A stretch of DNA of 64,000 bases from an uncultured Pelagibacteraceae bacterium (GTDB lineage Bacteria > Pseudomonadota > Alphaproteobacteria > Pelagibacterales > Pelagibacteraceae): assembly GCA_902550285.1 (NCBI GenBank), contig CACCYQ010000002.1, forward strand, positions 8,030 to 72,029, given 5' to 3'. Every line of letters starts with the position of its first letter. Position 1 is the stretch's first letter. Made by a program: the position numbers and the translations under genes. The notes under the pieces are model-generated. The model was not told the origin of the DNA, ran no database searches, and saw only the letters and a program-made list of their open reading frames with translations. Below, in pieces: positions 9,973-20,360 of this stretch.

Positions 9973-12630
9973 GGATTTTATCTTAGCAAAAGCTTCTTCA
10001 ATTTTAGAAATATCTGTACCTCCGGCTTGAGCAAAATCAGGTCTGCCGCCGCCTCCCTTACCTCCTATTAATTCCGAACCTATTTTTACAAATTTTACAG
10101 CATCATATTTATTTGTAAATTTATTTGTAACACCAACTGCTAATCCAATTTTTCCATCTTTAGATGCAAATATAATAACAATACCTTCACCTATTTCTTT
10201 TTTTCCGCTGTCTACTAGTTTTCTTAAATCTTTTGGTGGAAGATCTATTATTTTTTGAAATCTGACTTTAACGCTATTTATTGTTTCATCTTTAATAATA
10301 TTTTTTGATTTATCACTTAAAACATTTTTAACAGAAAGTTGATCATGCTGTTTATTTAAATTTTTAATTAGGTCATTTTGGTTCTTATTATCTAAATTTG
10401 GATTTCCACCAAGTTTAACTATTTGTTCTGAAAGATTTTTTATAATTTCTTCATTTTTTTGCATTGATAAATCAGATAATTTTTCTTTTTTTGTTAAAAA
10501 TTCCTCTAGTTGTTTATCTCTAAGTGCTTCTACTCTTCTAATTCCAGCAGCAATTGAGGACTGACTAACAATCTTAAATTTGCCAATATCTCCAGTATTT
10601 CTAACATGCGTTCCACCACAAAGCTCAGTTGAAAAATATCTTTCCTTTTCATTCCCCATTGAAAGAACTCTGACTTCATCGCCATATTTTTCTCCAAATA
10701 AAGCTAAAGCACCATTATCTACTGCCTCTTTTGGTGTCATTAATCTTGTTTTTACTTCTGATTTTGTTTCAACCATTTCATTTACAAATGTTTCAATTTT
10801 AACTATCTCGTCATTTGAGATAGGTTTCATATGGCTAAAATCAAATCTTAGTCTATCTGGCGCAACCAAAGATCCTTTTTGAATAACATGTTTTCCCAAA
10901 ACTCTTCTTAAAGATTCATGAAGTAGATGAGTTGCGGAATGATAAGCTCTTATATTATCTCTTCTCTCAACATCTATTTTCATTTCTACATTATCGTTGA
11001 GTTTAATTGATCCATTTTGAACTTTTCCATAGTGAACAAAAAGATCCCCAAGTTTTTTTTGAACATCTTCAACTTTAAATTTAAAATCACCAGAAATGAT
11101 TAATCCAGTATCACCTATTTGACCGCCAGATTCTCCATAAAAAGGTGTTTGATTTAAAACCATCATAGCTTCATCACCTTTATTTAAACTTTTTACTTCT
11201 TTACTATCTTTAATTAAAGAAACTACTATTCCCTCAGCTTGATTTGTTTCATATCCCAAAAATTCAGTTGGTTCTAACTTGTCTTTAATTTCAAACCAGA
11301 TTTCATCAACTGAACTATCTCCTGAACCTTTCCAATTTTTTTTTGCAAGCTCTCTACTTTGCTGCATTAATGATTTAAATTTAGTATGATCAACTGTTAG
11401 TGATTTGCTTTTTAAAATATCTTCAGTTAGATCTAAAGGAAAACCATATGTATCATAGAGTTTAAAAGCTATTTCACCTGGTAGAACTTTATCTACTTTG
11501 CTAACTTCTTCACTTAAAATTTTCATACCTCTTTCAAGAAGAACTAAAAATTTTTCTTCTTCTGCTCTTAACGTTTCTTTTATTAAAGACTCTGCTCTTT
11601 TGAGCTCAGGATAATTTCCTGACATTTCATTCATTAATGTTTTAAATATATTAAAAAATATTGGCTCTTTAGCACCTAAAAAATGAGAATGTCTCATTCC
11701 TCTTCTCATTATTCTTCTAAGAACATATCCTCGCCCTTCATTAGATGGAAGAACACCCTCTGCTATCAAGAAAGAGCTTGCCCTTAAATGATCAGCTATA
11801 ACTCTAAAGCTTGATATATTTTTGTCATTAGGTTTTGTTTTTATAGCATCGGCAGTTGAGTTAATTAACTTAATAAAATGATCTGTTTTATAGTTGTCAT
11901 GCGTGCCTTGTAACAATGCAGTTATTCTTTCTAAGCCCATACCAGTATCAACCGAAGGTTTTGGCAGATTTATTCTTTTATCTTTTGAAACCTGTTCAAA
12001 TTGCATAAAAACTAAATTCCAAATTTCTATGTATCTATCTCCATCTTGATCTTTTGTGCCTGGCAGCCCTCCTTTTAAATGATCTCCATGATCATAAAAT
12101 ATTTCAGAACATGGTCCGCATGGCCCAGTTTCACCCATAGACCAAAAATTATCTGATGTAGAAATTTTAATTATTCTGTCTTCACCAAATCCAGTAATTT
12201 TTTTCCAAAGATTTAAAGCCTGCTCATCCTCATTAAAAACAGTAAAATAAAGCTTATTTTTATCTAATCCAAAATCTTTTGTTATTAAATTCCATGCTAA
12301 CTCAATTCCTCTATCCTTAAAGTAATCTCCAAAAGAGAAATTGCCTAACATTTCAAAAAAAGTGTGGTGTCTTGGTGTGTATCCAACATTTTCCAAATCA
12401 TTATGTTTTCCACCCGCTCTTACACATTTTTGCGAAGTAGTAGCTCTTTTGTAATCTCTTTTTTCTAAACCTGTAAATACGTTTTTAAATTGTACCATTC
12501 CAGAGTTAGCAAACATTAATGTTGGATCATTATTTGGTACTAAATTACTTGACTCAACTACCTCATGATCATTTTTCTCAAAATATTTAAGAAAAGCGCT
12601 TCTTATTTCATTTAGTGATTTGTCAGCCAT
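9964..12630 (-). CDS. alaS: Alanine--tRNA ligase
   Basis: [65 protein letters not shown]; likely start MADKS at 12630. Confidence 0.97.
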   Translation of the reverse strand: MADKSLNEIRSAFLKYFEKNDHEVVESSNLVPNNDPTLMFANSGMVQFKNVFTGLEKRDYKRATTSQKCVRAGGKHNDLENVGYTPRHHTFFEMLGNFSFGDYFKDRGIELAWNLITKDFGLDKNKLYFTVFNEDEQALNLWKKITGFGEDRIIKISTSDNFWSMGETGPCGPCSEIFYDHGDHLKGGLPGTKDQDGDRYIEIWNLVFMQFEQVSKDKRINLPKPSVDTGMGLERITALLQGTHDNYKTDHFIKLINSTADAIKTKPNDKNISSFRVIADHLRASSFLIAEGVLPSNEGRGYVLRRIMRRGMRHSHFLGAKEPIFFNIFKTLMNEMSGNYPELKRAESLIKETLRAEEEKFLVLLERGMKILSEEVSKVDKVLPGEIAFKLYDTYGFPLDLTEDILKSKSLTVDHTKFKSLMQQSRELAKKNWKGSGDSSVDEIWFEIKDKLEPTEFLGYETNQAEGIVVSLIKDSKEVKSLNKGDEAMMVLNQTPFYGESGGQIGDTGLIISGDFKFKVEDVQKKLGDLFVHYGKVQNGSIKLNDNVEMKIDVERRDNIRAYHSATHLLHESLRRVLGKHVIQKGSLVAPDRLRFDFSHMKPISNDEIVKIETFVNEMVETKSEVKTRLMTPKEAVDNGALALFGEKYGDEVRVLSMGNEKERYFSTELCGGTHVRNTGDIGKFKIVSQSSIAAGIRRVEALRDKQLEEFLTKKEKLSDLSMQKNEEIIKNLSEQIVKLGGNPNLDNKNQNDLIKNLNKQHDQLSVKNVLSDKSKNIIKDETINSVKVRFQKIIDLPPKDLRKLVDSGKKEIGEGIVIIFASKDGKIGLAVGVTNKFTNKYDAVKFVKIGSELIGGKGGGGRPDFAQAGGTDISKIEEAFAKIKSLI

Positions 12631-12677
12631 ACTTTCAAAATACAGCTTTTTTTTTTGATGTCTAGACACTATAGGGA

Positions 12678-12705
12678 AAAAAGGCGCTTAAATAAGCGCC
12701 TTTTT
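12678..12705 (-). terminator. Intrinsic terminator downstream of recA
   Basis: AAAAAGGCGCTTA..TAAGCGCCTTTTT inverted repeat with A/T tails on both sides. Confidence 0.85.
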
Positions 12706-12725
12706 AGATAACTAAAAGTTAAATA

Positions 12726-13847
12726 CTAATTTTTTTTAGATGGTATTTCGTCTTTTTCTTCTGCTTTCACTTTTTCTTGATCGATAGGGTTTCCTTCAAT
12801 CTTTTTTGAAATAAGACCAGCTTTTTCTCTTATGGTCATTTCTATTTCAGCAGCAGCTTTTGGATTTTGTTCAAGATAAAGTTTTGCATTTTCTTTTCCT
12901 TGTCCAATTTTTTCACCTTTGTAGGCATACCAAGCCCCAGCTTTTTCTACAATCTCAGCTTTTGCCCCAAGGTCTATTAACTCACCAGTTTTACTAATTC
13001 CTTTTCCATACATTAGATCGAATTCAACAACTTTAAATGGTGGGGCAACTTTGTTTTTAACTACTTTTACTCTAGTAGAATTTCCAATAATTTGCTCTTT
13101 ATCTTTGATGGCGCCTATTCTTCTAATATCCATTCTAACTGATGAATAGAATTTTAGTGAATTACCACCTGATGTTGTTTCTGGGCTTCCAAACATTACA
13201 CCAATTTTCATTCTAATTTGGTTAATAAAAATAACCATTGTGTTCGTTCTAGAAATTGAACCAGTTAATTTTCTTAACGCTTGAGACATTAATCTTGCTT
13301 GAAGACCAACATGGTGATCTCCCATATCACCTTCTATTTCAGCTCTTGGAGTTAATGCTGCAACAGAGTCCACCACAAGAACCGACATTGAGCCAGATTT
13401 AATTAATGTGTCAGTAATTTCTAAAGCTTGTTCGCCAGTATCTGGTTGGGAAATTAGTAATTCTTCAGTATTTACGCCTAATTTCTTGGCATAAACTGGA
13501 TCTAATGCATGTTCTGCATCAACAAATCCGCAAATACCGCCAGCTTTTTGTGCTTCAGCAACAACTTGAAGCGCAAGTGTTGTTTTTCCAGAAGACTCTG
13601 GACCATAAATTTCAACAATTCTTCCTTTTGGAAGTCCGCCAATTCCTAGAGCAAGGTCTAAACTTAGAGATCCTGTTGAAATTGACTCAATGTCCATTGC
13701 TTTTTGCTGTCCTAGCTTCATTACAGAACCTTTTCCAAAATTATCTGTAATTTGGCTGATTGCAGCTTCTAAAGCTTTATTCTTTTCTTTGTTTTCTGAA
13801 TCTTTCTCTTTAGTAGATTTAACTACCTTTAAATTATTCTTTATCAT
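12726..13847 (-). CDS. recA: Recombinase RecA
   Basis: [37 protein letters not shown]. Confidence 0.99.
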   Translation of the reverse strand: MIKNNLKVVKSTKEKDSENKEKNKALEAAISQITDNFGKGSVMKLGQQKAMDIESISTGSLSLDLALGIGGLPKGRIVEIYGPESSGKTTLALQVVAEAQKAGGICGFVDAEHALDPVYAKKLGVNTEELLISQPDTGEQALEITDTLIKSGSMSVLVVDSVAALTPRAEIEGDMGDHHVGLQARLMSQALRKLTGSISRTNTMVIFINQIRMKIGVMFGSPETTSGGNSLKFYSSVRMDIRRIGAIKDKEQIIGNSTRVKVVKNKVAPPFKVVEFDLMYGKGISKTGELIDLGAKAEIVEKAGAWYAYKGEKIGQGKENAKLYLEQNPKAAAEIEMTIREKAGLISKKIEGNPIDQEKVKAEEKDEIPSKKN

Positions 13848-13897
13848 TTATTGCCTCTTTTTTTTCATTTTTTAACATTCGAATCATACATTTAAAT

Positions 13898-13912
13898 GTA
13901 CACATTTTGTTC
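13898..13912 (-). promoter_or_regulatory. Alphaproteobacterial LexA (SOS) box upstream of recA
   Basis: Minus strand reads GAAC-AAAATGT-GTAC, i.e. GAAC-N7-GTAC, about 50 nt before the recA start. Confidence 0.85.
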
Positions 13913-13956
13913 TCATTAGCAATATATTTTTAAAAATTAGCAAAAAAAGCCTCTAT

Positions 13957-15255
13957 TTATCTAAGTTTTAGATAGTCGCTATGAAGCAAACCAATAGATT
14001 TTAAAAGATTGTACTGAGATAAGAGATAATTTCTCTCTGAGTTTGCCAAAGAAATCTGAGCATTAAGTAATAAAGAATTTGATTGAATAACATCTAAAGT
14101 AGACCTTTTGCCAAGTCCTCTTTCATATTCACCCGTAATACCTTCGTTAGCAATTTCAGCTGCTTCAACTTGAGATCTAACAGATTCTAAAAGGCTTTTC
14201 GATGACTGTAGGTTTGACCATGCGCTCGCAACATTGGTTTCGTTATTTTTAATTGCATAATCATATAATAATCTTTTTCTAGTTTTTAGGTTTTTATTTT
14301 TATTAAGTGTGGCTATATTTTTTCCTCCTGAATAAAATGGCCAAGAAACAGTTGCTTTTAAAACATCTTTTTCTTTCTCATCATATGTTGAGCTTAAATC
14401 TTCAGAATGAGTTCTTTCAAAACTCAAACTTGCGGTAGGCGTTAAATCAGATCTAGCAATTTGGACGTCTTGTTCTGATTGTTCAAATTCTATTTTAGCA
14501 ATAATTACATCAGGATTATTTATTTTTGATAAATCAACTGATGAATTTAAAGTTTCTGGAATTTTAATAAATACATTTGAGTTTTTTTTTAAATTATTTA
14601 TGTCTTGCAAAGGACCAATAACATTTTCATAATTTAGCTTATTAGTTATTACTTCATTTTGTGATTGAATTAAATTTGCCTTTGCTCCTGCAAGTGAGGA
14701 TTCGGATTGTGCTAAATCAGCAAGAGAAATTTCTCCTTTATCTAGCCTTATACTATCAGTTTCAACCTGTCTTTCTAATAAGTTTACATTTCTTTCGTTT
14801 ATTATTTTTTTTTTATTAGCCAATATTAGTCCTGTAAAAACTTCTATAGCTTTGTATAAAATATCTTGTTCTTTTTTTAATAATTTTGCTTCTGCTAAAA
14901 TTATTCCAGACTTATTTTTTTTATAATCAGCGCCTCTTCCAAAGTCTATTAATGTCTGATCAATTTTAATTGATTTACTTAATGGATTTACATCATTAAT
15001 TGAGGCATTTGATCCATCTTGATTTGTAAGTTTATTGGTTTCTTCATTGCTCTTCGTTCCACTTATAGTAAAAGTTGGCAAATAATTACTTCTTGATATT
15101 TTTAAATCTTCTTTAGATACATTAATATTTTCTCTTTCAGCATTTAATTCTTTATTGTTTTTGTAGGCTAGTGATAAAGCTTCATTTAATGAAGTAGAAA
15201 AAGCATGTTGTGAATTTAAAATTATTAAACAAAATATAAATAATATTTTTTTCAT
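13957..15255 (-). CDS. TolC family outer-membrane channel
   Basis: Signal peptide; two OEP repeats (SLNEALSLAYKNNKEL, ARSDLTP, RSTLDVI). Confidence 0.88.
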   Translation of the reverse strand: MKKILFIFCLIILNSQHAFSTSLNEALSLAYKNNKELNAERENINVSKEDLKISRSNYLPTFTISGTKSNEETNKLTNQDGSNASINDVNPLSKSIKIDQTLIDFGRGADYKKNKSGIILAEAKLLKKEQDILYKAIEVFTGLILANKKKIINERNVNLLERQVETDSIRLDKGEISLADLAQSESSLAGAKANLIQSQNEVITNKLNYENVIGPLQDINNLKKNSNVFIKIPETLNSSVDLSKINNPDVIIAKIEFEQSEQDVQIARSDLTPTASLSFERTHSEDLSSTYDEKEKDVLKATVSWPFYSGGKNIATLNKNKNLKTRKRLLYDYAIKNNETNVASAWSNLQSSKSLLESVRSQVEAAEIANEGITGEYERGLGKRSTLDVIQSNSLLLNAQISLANSERNYLLSQYNLLKSIGLLHSDYLKLR

Positions 15256-15264
15256 TTTTTGGTA

Positions 15265-15633
15265 TTATTTTTTTTGATCTAAAGGATGGTTTTCTCCATC
15301 ATTTACAGGTACATTTGATATCTCAAATGGTTTAATGCCCTCAACACAAGCAATATTTATACCATAGATTTTTGGATTACTTCTTGGTCTGTTGTGAGTA
15401 TGAATACCGCAATTTAAGCAAAAGTAATGTTTGGCGGTGTTTGTATAAAACTGATAAAGTTTCAAATTATTTTCTCCTTTAACAAGTTTAAAATCTTCAG
15501 GGCCAATAACTCCAATGATATATCCTTTTCTTTTACACATAGAACAATTGCAACGAAGAATTTTTTCAAATCCCTTTTCAGGAACGTTAATTTCTGCTTC
15601 AACACTTCCACAATGACATGTTAATTTTTTCAT
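15265..15633 (-). CDS. GFA / CENP-V family zinc protein
   Basis: CHCG...CNCSMC...HYFCLNCGIH. Confidence 0.9.
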   Translation of the reverse strand: MKKLTCHCGSVEAEINVPEKGFEKILRCNCSMCKRKGYIIGVIGPEDFKLVKGENNLKLYQFYTNTAKHYFCLNCGIHTHNRPRSNPKIYGINIACVEGIKPFEISNVPVNDGENHPLDQKK

Positions 15634-15702
15634 TTTGAACCTCTCATTAACTATATTTTTGCATTCGTTGGTATATATTTATTATAAACTACAATTGGTA
15701 AA

Positions 15703-15808
15703 AGTTATCCACAATAGCGCAAAATGTGGTTTAGATGTTCACCTTTTGATTCACTTTCGATTCACTTTCAGACTCAAAATACAACCTATTTGACACTAGT
15801 GGATAACT
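15703..15808. promoter_or_regulatory. Cluster of DnaA boxes and GANTC sites
   Basis: Perfect TTATCCACA at 15705-15713; inverted one-mismatch box at 15798-15806; GANTC at 15748, 15759 and 15771. Confidence 0.6.
15748..15769 (+). repeat. 11-bp tandem repeat GATTCACTTTC x2, with degenerate flanking copies
   Basis: Read directly: gattcactttc gattcactttc agactc. Confidence 0.85.
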
Positions 15809-15816
15809 CATATAAT
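15790..15816 (+). promoter_or_regulatory. Sigma70-type promoter of umuDC
   Basis: TTGACA (15790-15795) and TATAAT (15811-15816); the 15-nt spacer is short. Confidence 0.55.
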
Positions 15817-15821
15817 AATTA

Positions 15822-15836
15822 GAACAAAATAAGAAC
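15822..15836 (+). promoter_or_regulatory. Alphaproteobacterial LexA (SOS) box upstream of umuD
   Basis: GAAC-AAAATAA-GAAC, a perfect GAAC-N7-GAAC, 4 nt before the ATG. Confidence 0.9.
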
Positions 15837-15840
15837 ATTT

Positions 15841-16236
15841 ATGAGACTTACTATTCCTTATTATCTACATAAAGCCGGCGCAGGTTTTCCATCCCCGGCA
15901 ACAGATTATATAGAGGAAGATATTGATCTTAATGTTCATTTAATCAAAAATGTCCCAGCAACTTTTATTATAAGGGCTCAAGGCAAATCAATGACTGATA
16001 TTGGAATTAATGATGGTGATTTATTAGTAGTTGATAAAAGCTTAAATCCTAAGAATTTTTCAACAGTAATTGCAAACGTTCATGATGAATTGGTTGTTAA
16101 AAGTTTTGTAAAACATGAGGGTAAAAAATTTTTAACATCTGGATCTAAAGAATTTGAAGATAGAATTTTAATTAATGAAGAAGAAGATGTTTTTATTTGG
16201 GGGGTTGTAACTTATGTCATCCATTCAACATACTAA
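15841..16236 (+). CDS. umuD: DNA polymerase V accessory subunit UmuD (S24 autoprotease)
   Basis: AGFPSPA cleavage motif; GKSM serine and LVVK lysine. Confidence 0.93.
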   Translation: MRLTIPYYLHKAGAGFPSPATDYIEEDIDLNVHLIKNVPATFIIRAQGKSMTDIGINDGDLLVVDKSLNPKNFSTVIANVHDELVVKSFVKHEGKKFLTSGSKEFEDRILINEEEDVFIWGVVTYVIHSTY

Positions 16237-17494
16237 AAAAATAGCTTTGATAGATTGTAATTCTTTTTATGTATCTTGCGAAAGATTATTTAATCCTAAA
16301 ATAAGAAAAAAACCCGTTGTCGTATTATCTAATAATGATGGTTGTATCATTTCAAGGTCTAATGAGGCAAAAGCTTTGGGCATTAAAATGGGAGAGCCTT
16401 ATTTTAAAGAAAAAGAAATTATCGTTAAAAATGATGTTCAGGTTTTTTCATCAAACTATTCCTTATACGGTGATATATCAAGAAGAGTAATGAGAACTCT
16501 TAAACGTTTCAATTCCGATATAGAAATTTACTCAATTGATGAAGCTTTTTTAGATTTATCAAATTTTCCTGATAACGAAATTGAAGATGTGGGGCGTGAG
16601 ATAAGAAGCATAGTTTTAAAATGGACAGGTATACCAACAAGCATTGGTATCGCAAAAACTAAAACTTTGAGTAAAGTTGCAAATCATATTGCTAAAAAAA
16701 AACAATCTGGTGTTGTTAGCTTAATAGGAATTGAAAACATTGATCCAATATTAGAAAAAGTAGAAATTAATGATGTATGGGGAGTTGGTAAACAACTAAC
16801 AAAATTTTATCACCAAAATGGAATTTATAATGCTAAACAATTAAAAAATAAATCTAATACATGGATCAAAAAAAGCTCTAATGTTTTAAGTTCAAGAACT
16901 GCAATGGAGCTTAGAGGTATTCCTTGTATTGATCTTGAGACAACAACATCAAAAAGAAAAAGTTGTGTTGTATCACGATCTTTTGGACAAAGAATAGAAA
17001 AATATCAGGAGTTGAAAGAAGCAATTGCTGGTTATTCTTTAAATGCTTCAGAAAAAATTAGATCAGAGTCTTTGGTTACAAAATCAATAACTGTTTTTGT
17101 TAGAACAAGTCCTTTTCAAAATAGATATGGATTTTATTCAAACTCAAAAACCATCGATTTGCCAATCTCTACTAACAATAGCATTGAAATAGTAAAAACA
17201 GCTCTTCATGCATTAGCGTCAATTTTTAAAAATGGCTATCGTTATCAAAAAGCAGGAATTATGCTATCTCATTTATCAGAATCTACTAACAATAAAAATT
17301 TATTTTCTACTGAAAAAGATGAAAAAATAAATAGTTTAATGAAATCTATTGATAATACAAATTATAGATATGGAAGATCAACTTTAAGCCTTGCAAGTGC
17401 CGGGGTTCACAAAAAATGGAATTCAAAAAAAGAATATTGTTCTAGAATTGATACAGCTGATTTTTATTCTTTGCCAACAATAAAAACCCATTAA
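16214..17494 (+). CDS. umuC: Y-family DNA polymerase V subunit UmuC
   Basis: [39 protein letters not shown]. Confidence 0.95.
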   Translation: MSSIQHTKKIALIDCNSFYVSCERLFNPKIRKKPVVVLSNNDGCIISRSNEAKALGIKMGEPYFKEKEIIVKNDVQVFSSNYSLYGDISRRVMRTLKRFNSDIEIYSIDEAFLDLSNFPDNEIEDVGREIRSIVLKWTGIPTSIGIAKTKTLSKVANHIAKKKQSGVVSLIGIENIDPILEKVEINDVWGVGKQLTKFYHQNGIYNAKQLKNKSNTWIKKSSNVLSSRTAMELRGIPCIDLETTTSKRKSCVVSRSFGQRIEKYQELKEAIAGYSLNASEKIRSESLVTKSITVFVRTSPFQNRYGFYSNSKTIDLPISTNNSIEIVKTALHALASIFKNGYRYQKAGIMLSHLSESTNNKNLFSTEKDEKINSLMKSIDNTNYRYGRSTLSLASAGVHKKWNSKKEYCSRIDTADFYSLPTIKTH

Positions 17495-17505
17495 ATCTCT
17501 ACTCT

Positions 17506-18375
17506 TTACTTTATAATATCTATATTTAAAATATTTGATAATGAATTATTTAAAGCATTTAAGTTTTCTCTTTTGGATATAATAAATACTAAAATTAATA
17601 GTGCCAAAACTAATACTATTGGAATTAGCATAATAATTGAGAGTTTTTGATGAATCAAAAATACATAAACTAATTGAAACAATATAGATCTAACCAGGAC
17701 TTTTTTTTTAAAAACACTAATAATAGCAAGAGAATGTATAATTAAGTTTTTAAAACTCATTTTTGAAGGTCCAAAATATCTGGTTCCTCTTTCTGATGGT
17801 ACTGCTGTTCTATCTTTTGCAACTTTAGCAAGTGAACCTGAAAAACTGCTCCAAGTGGCTTTTTCGTTAATCATTTTTTCAATAATTGATTTAGGCAAAC
17901 AGCTATAATTTCCATATTTGATAGTTTCTCCAGTAAAGGTAAGAGTGATTAATTTATGAATTGAATAACAAAATTTAAATATTAAACCTTCTGATCTTTT
18001 TATTCTTTCTCCTACAATCGACTTGTCAGGACTATAATTTAAATTATCAACAAATTGTTTAATTTCTTCAGGTCTATCCTCTCCATCCCCATCCATTGGG
18101 ATAACATAATCAAATTCTTCTTTTTCAAAAATATGTTTTAAGCCTGTGGCAATACATCTTGTGTGTCCTTGATTGTTTTTCATATTAATAATTTTTATGG
18201 AATTTAACTTATCTAAGTTTATTGATATTTCTGGTTTGTTTTCTGTAGAGGCATCATTAATAATAATTACAGAGAATTCATGAGACAAACCTGAAACTTC
18301 TGAATTTATAATTTCCAAAAGTTTAATGACTGATTGCCAATCATTATAAACTGGTATCAATAATTTAATTTTCAT
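17506..18375 (-). CDS. GT2 family glycosyltransferase (polyprenol-phosphate sugar synthase-like)
   Basis: LLIPVYND, INDAS, NQGH, MDGDGEDRPE, RYFGPSKMS; C-terminal TM helices. Confidence 0.88.
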   Translation of the reverse strand: MKIKLLIPVYNDWQSVIKLLEIINSEVSGLSHEFSVIIINDASTENKPEISINLDKLNSIKIINMKNNQGHTRCIATGLKHIFEKEEFDYVIPMDGDGEDRPEEIKQFVDNLNYSPDKSIVGERIKRSEGLIFKFCYSIHKLITLTFTGETIKYGNYSCLPKSIIEKMINEKATWSSFSGSLAKVAKDRTAVPSERGTRYFGPSKMSFKNLIIHSLAIISVFKKKVLVRSILFQLVYVFLIHQKLSIIMLIPIVLVLALLILVFIISKRENLNALNNSLSNILNIDIIK

Positions 18376-18500
18376 TAATTTAATGAACTTAAAAATCTAA
18401 ATAAAGATGCAAATATTCCATGTCCTGAAAGTTCAATGGCTCCAACTATTACAACAAAGAATATAATTTTTTTTGTTTTGGTATTAAGAAATTTATCCAT
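18375..18500 (-). CDS. Small 41-aa putative membrane protein, not in the ORF track
   Basis: MDKFLNTKTKKIIFFVVIVGAIELSGHGIFASLFRFLSSLN*; its stop overlaps the GT2 start (TAATG) and it starts 14 nt after the upstream gene's stop. Confidence 0.65.
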   Translation of the reverse strand: MDKFLNTKTKKIIFFVVIVGAIELSGHGIFASLFRFLSSLN

Positions 18501-18514
18501 TTGTGCACTATATA

Positions 18515-19864
18515 TTACTTTAAAATCTTCTCTATCAATTTATAATCATTTAAATATAAACAACTTAAACCTTTTTTTTCACCACATAACCAGATGCCTT
18601 CTGGAAATTTATCTCTAGAATGCCATTCGGGTATCCACTTTGGTCTATTTTTTAAATGATAAGATAAATTGCCTGCTGTCCATTCATTTCCACCGGTAAC
18701 CGATAAAATTTTTTCATTTCTATTCTTGTCCCACAACTCTTGGGCTTGCTCAGCAATTTTTTTTCCTGGATAGTCAGTTCTCTTATCTGTTTCAATAATT
18801 GAAATATAAGCATATACAAAAGGAGAAAATAAAAATAAAATTACAAAAACTGTAGCAAAATTTTTTATTTTATTAAGATTAATTTTTGAATGAAAAATAT
18901 ATACTAATAAGACTCCAAAAAATAAATAAAAAGGGGTCATCCACATTGTTCTAATTTTAACTCCCATAATCATTGAAGTTAAAAAAACCAAAGCTACGGG
19001 AACAATATTTATTATTAATAAAAATAATAATTTTTCATCATTAATTTTAAATTTAGTTTTTAATTTTGTAACTAAAAATAGAAGCATTAAAAAGAAAGGA
19101 ATTAATATTCCAATTTGCTTTCCTAAAAATATTAAAGGGTGTTTGATATGATTTATAATACTTAGATCACCCGATCCTGTTCTATGAAGTCCATAGGTAA
19201 CTGTTATGTAATCATTTTCAGTTAGCCAAATTAAATGAGGCCATAGTACTATCAAAAAAGGAATAAAGGATACCAGGCATTTAAAATCAATTTTCTTTTT
19301 ATAAATCATATAAATTAAAAAAATATCCATCGCTAATCCTAAATAGATAAACAAATATTTTGATAAAAAACCAAATCCTGCAAATAAGCCAACAAGTAGC
19401 CAGTCGGTAATTTTATTATTTTTAAATCCTTTCCATAAAAATAAGACTGTAAGTGACCAGAAAGGGATCAAGCAAACATTCACATTAAATTCAGGAGTTG
19501 TAAAATTATAAAAGTAAATTCCTTCTAGCAATAAAACTGATAACAAGCAGTAAGCTTTATTTTTAAAAAAATCCTCTGACAGTTTAAAAACAACAAAAAA
19601 AGAAATTATTATGCAAATTTGACTTAACAAATAATAAGCCCAATCATTGGAACCAAAAATCTGATAAAAAAATTCAACTAAAAATGCACTCATTGGAGGA
19701 TGCTTGTTAAAACCCCAGTCTAAATTACTCCCCCAAGCTAAAGCTTCTATGGTATCTAATGGCAAATTATTATTTGTAAAAGCTGGGACTAGTGTCCAGA
19801 TAATTAAATGGGATGTAAGAAAAATGTAAAAAAAATTTCTTAAATTATTTTTGTTTAAAGCCAT
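18515..19864 (-). CDS. GT-C membrane glycosyltransferase (ArnT/PMT_2/RgtA-D-like)
   Basis: DTIEALAWG..WGFNKHPP, GFLSKY, PHLIWL; many TM segments; likely start MALNK at 19864. Confidence 0.82.
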   Translation of the reverse strand: MALNKNNLRNFFYIFLTSHLIIWTLVPAFTNNNLPLDTIEALAWGSNLDWGFNKHPPMSAFLVEFFYQIFGSNDWAYYLLSQICIIISFFVVFKLSEDFFKNKAYCLLSVLLLEGIYFYNFTTPEFNVNVCLIPFWSLTVLFLWKGFKNNKITDWLLVGLFAGFGFLSKYLFIYLGLAMDIFLIYMIYKKKIDFKCLVSFIPFLIVLWPHLIWLTENDYITVTYGLHRTGSGDLSIINHIKHPLIFLGKQIGILIPFFLMLLFLVTKLKTKFKINDEKLLFLLIINIVPVALVFLTSMIMGVKIRTMWMTPFYLFFGVLLVYIFHSKINLNKIKNFATVFVILFLFSPFVYAYISIIETDKRTDYPGKKIAEQAQELWDKNRNEKILSVTGGNEWTAGNLSYHLKNRPKWIPEWHSRDKFPEGIWLCGEKKGLSCLYLNDYKLIEKILK

Positions 19865-19893
19865 TTTTAGCAGTTTATACAAATAATGCTTTC

Positions 19894-19921
19894 TTGACAC
19901 TCATTATTTCATGACTATATT
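19894..19921 (+). promoter_or_regulatory. Candidate sigma70 promoter of dksA
   Basis: TTGACA-16 nt-TATATT, 22 nt before the ATG. Confidence 0.45.
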
Positions 19922-19943
19922 CACCCACGTTTAAAATTAGTGT

Positions 19944-20360
19944 ATGGTTAAAATCTCTAAAACTTACATTCCAAAAGATTCAGAAAAATACATGTGCGCA
20001 AAACATCTGGCATATTTTAAAAAAAAATTATTAGATTGGAAAAATGATCTAAAGAAATCAAGTAATGAAGCTCTTTATAATAGCTCAATGAATGATAATA
20101 GCACATCTGCTGATATAGTAGATCAAGCTAGTTCATATACAGAAAAAAATGTGGAAATGAGAGCTATAAATAGACAAATAAAATTAATTTCAAAAATAGA
20201 CTCGGCGCTTACTAGAATTCAAAATGGAACTTATGGTTTTTGTGAAGATAGCGGAGAACCTATCGGTCTAAAAAGATTGATGGCAAGACCGGTTGCAACA
20301 CTTTCTATTGCAGCTCAGGAAAAACATGAAAAAGAAGAAAAAGTTTTTGCTGACGATTAG
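19944..20360 (+). CDS. dksA: RNA polymerase-binding transcription factor DksA (single-Cys, zinc-free type)
   Basis: DIVDQA coiled-coil tip; GTYGFCEDSGEPIGLKRLMARP. Confidence 0.95.
   Translation: MVKISKTYIPKDSEKYMCAKHLAYFKKKLLDWKNDLKKSSNEALYNSSMNDNSTSADIVDQASSYTEKNVEMRAINRQIKLISKIDSALTRIQNGTYGFCEDSGEPIGLKRLMARPVATLSIAAQEKHEKEEKVFADD

Noticed and set aside
15737-15775. Short repeat cluster as a CRISPR array or as extra LexA boxes
   Set aside because: Only two exact 11-bp units, with no spacers or cas genes; the ATTC-N7-ATTC reading misses the conserved G of both LexA half-sites
20225-20320. DksA lacking the four-Cys zinc finger as a novelty
   Set aside because: Single-Cys, zinc-free DksA is already known in alphaproteobacteria
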